The position numbers and the translations under genes were made by a program. A stretch of 64,000 nucleotides of DNA. Source: a virus. Shown piece by piece: positions 62,153 through 64,000 of this stretch. The notes below the pieces were generated by a model. The model made no database searches. It saw nothing but the letters and a program-made list of their open reading frames with translations, and was not told the DNA's origin. Within the stretch, counting starts at the first letter, position 1. Every line of letters starts with the position of its first letter. The stretch covers positions 1 to 64,000 of IMG/VR virus record IMGVR_UViG_3300029267_003762; one strand, 5' to 3'.

Positions 62153-64000
62153 ATGAACGACTTCGAACGAGCGATCGTCGGCGACCTGCCCTTGAGCTTC
62201 AAGGCGGACGCCTGGTTCAGTGTCAAGCACGCTGCGATCGGAGACCCGCCAGACACGACCGGGGCCATCGAGGGGCAGTTCCCTGTCCCCGTCGCCCAAG
62301 TGCTTGAGGGTCTTGCGGAGATGGTCAAGGCCAAGATGACCATCATGTACGCGTACGCTACGTACTCTCAGACCATCCGTGGGCCTTTCCGCGGCGAGCT
62401 CGCGGAGAACTTCCAGGAGTTTGCCGAGGACGACCTCGAGGACCTTGAGTGGTACCTGCGTCGCATGTCGAGTCTCGGTGGAGGGGCCCACCTTCCGCAG
62501 ATTGATCCTCCGCCGGCGACGACCGACCCGATCGAGGCCATCAAGATCACTCTTCGGCTGGAGCAGGAGACTGTGGCCAAGCTCGCGGCTCTTCGCAACC
62601 TCGTCGGGGACAACCCGATGAAGTTCGACCTCGAGGCCTTTATGGCGGAAGAGCAGATGCACGTCGATCGGCTGTGGCAGCTTCTCCCCTACGAGGCGGA
62701 CCCGGAGGAGATGGCCGAGCAGGACGGGAAGGAGCCGCTTTCCATGGAGCAGAAGGCAGCCTCCATGCGGATGCGGGTCGGGTTCATGAAGCTCGGCGAA
62801 GGCATGTCCAGGCGGGAGCTCAAGCGCCTGCAGAAGGAACAGGAGGACATTCATGAGCTCCGAGGGAGTCTGATGGCGTCCTCGAGCCCAGAGACCAAAG
62901 CGTATGCTCGGAAGAAGAAGGTCGTTGGGGCGCTGTCAGGAGGGCTGAAAGGCGGCCTACTTGGTACCGGCATTGGGGCGGCCATTGGCTACGGCACCAA
63001 GCGCGGTCCTCGCGCCGCGAAGGCGTTGGCGGCACTTGGAGGTCTTGGCGGTGCTGCTGTGGGCGGCACTGCTGGGCACGAGCTCGCCGGCGCTCAGGCT
63101 CACAAGACCATCTCCAAGGCGGCGATGATTCGAAACATCAAGCTCGCCTTCGACGACATGGCCCAAGGGGACGACAACCTGGCGGCCTCTGCGGCTCATG
63201 GGGACAATCCGCAAGGCGACTCGAGTGAGCGCATCAACCAGCCTCCGATGGTCGACCCGACCAGGTACCTCGAGGGTACCGGCGCTCTTGGGGTCGATCC
63301 GGCCCTGTCCGACTACATCGAGAAGGAGCGGGAGGGGCAAGACGCGGAGGAGCGCGCGAGCTCCGACTACTACAAGCAGGTGGCCGACATGGCCACGCAA
63401 GAAGCCCAGGCAGCGCAGTCGCAGCTCGGAGAGGCGCAGCAGCAGGCCATGATGGCTCAGCAGCAGGCCGCGGCGCTTCAACAGCAAGTGCAAGACACGC
63501 AGCAGCAGGCGCAGGCGGTGCAGCAACAAGCAGTGCAAACGGCCGCCATGGCTCAGTCCACGGCTGCCAACTCCCAAGCGCAGGCCATCAAGGCCATGCA
63601 GGACGTGCTGCTCCACAAGCAGCTCGCCGCGAACATGCGCCAAGGTGTCTTGGCAATGAAGGACCAGATTCAATCCGTCCTCATGTCCGACCCCACTGCT
63701 GGGGCGGAAGCACAGATTGCGGGCCCCCCTCCCGGCCCGCCTCCCGGGTCTCCTGGCGGGGAAGTTCCCAGCGAAGGGTCCCCTCCCCCTGAGCAGGGTC
63801 CGGCAGCCGGTTCCCCTGCGCCCCCGACTGCACCCGCCGGGGGACCCACTTCTTCTGGTCAGCCCCCCGGGCAGGTGCCGGGGCAACAGGGGCAGGCCAC
63901 TCCGGAGCAGAAGCAGGCATCGGCCGCCAGCAAGATGCTCGAGGTGGCCAAGAAGCGAGCTCCCTACGCCGTACCGGGCGCGCTCCTCGCCGGCGGGCTC
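62153..64000 (+). CDS. large internal head protein with ferritin-like domain (truncated by window end)
   Basis: Hand translation open from ATG 62153 to the end; four-helix ferritin-like segment (RLEQET...FMAEEQMHVDRL), glycine zipper, Gln-rich and Pro-rich regions. Confidence 0.75.
   Translation, partial: MNDFERAIVGDLPLSFKADAWFSVKHAAIGDPPDTTGAIEGQFPVPVAQVLEGLAEMVKAKMTIMYAYATYSQTIRGPFRGELAENFQEFAEDDLEDLEWYLRRMSSLGGGAHLPQIDPPPATTDPIEAIKITLRLEQETVAKLAALRNLVGDNPMKFDLEAFMAEEQMHVDRLWQLLPYEADPEEMAEQDGKEPLSMEQKAASMRMRVGFMKLGEGMSRRELKRLQKEQEDIHELRGSLMASSSPETKAYARKKKVVGALSGGLKGGLLGTGIGAAIGYGTKRGPRAAKALAALGGLGGAAVGGTAGHELAGAQAHKTISKAAMIRNIKLAFDDMAQGDDNLAASAAHGDNPQGDSSERINQPPMVDPTRYLEGTGALGVDPALSDYIEKEREGQDAEERASSDYYKQVADMATQEAQAAQSQLGEAQQQAMMAQQQAAALQQQVQDTQQQAQAVQQQAVQTAAMAQSTAANSQAQAIKAMQDVLLHKQLAANMRQGVLAMKDQIQSVLMSDPTAGAEAQIAGPPPGPPPGSPGGEVPSEGSPPPEQGPAAGSPAPPTAPAGGPTSSGQPPGQVPGQQGQATPEQKQASAASKMLEVAKKRAPYAVPGALLAGGL

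Noticed and set aside
1-64000. Diversity-generating retroelement or retron
   Set aside because: No reverse transcriptase motifs and no TR/VR repeat pair noticed in this window.

Overview
A 64-kb segment of a large, GC-rich tailed bacteriophage using the standard genetic code. The tmRNA tag (ANDNNALAAVA) weakly suggests a myxobacterial-type host. The window contains many short accessory ORFs, plus ThyX, two MazG-like pyrophosphohydrolases, an ATP-dependent DNA ligase and a Pth2-like peptidyl-tRNA hydrolase. It also carries a tmRNA/tRNA cluster, an intein-split CHAP lysin, the terminase large subunit, an intein-split probable prohead protease, several K-x-A-punctuated internal head proteins, the major capsid protein and neck genes. 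Two items stand out. (1) A solitary Cas7/RAMP-like gene (38447-39340, minus strand) abuts a 1.05-kb non-CRISPR array of 34 units, each built as GTCGNNN + (GGNNN)n with lengths of 7+5n nt; this is a candidate programmable RNA-guided system with a gapped 5-nt code. (2) A ~430-nt ncRNA in the tRNA cluster (5876-6302) joins a copy of the 23S rRNA L11-binding GTPase-associated centre with a sarcin-ricin-loop-like hairpin, so it appears to mimic the ribosomal factor-binding site. All calls come from reading motifs by eye; no database search or folding was run.
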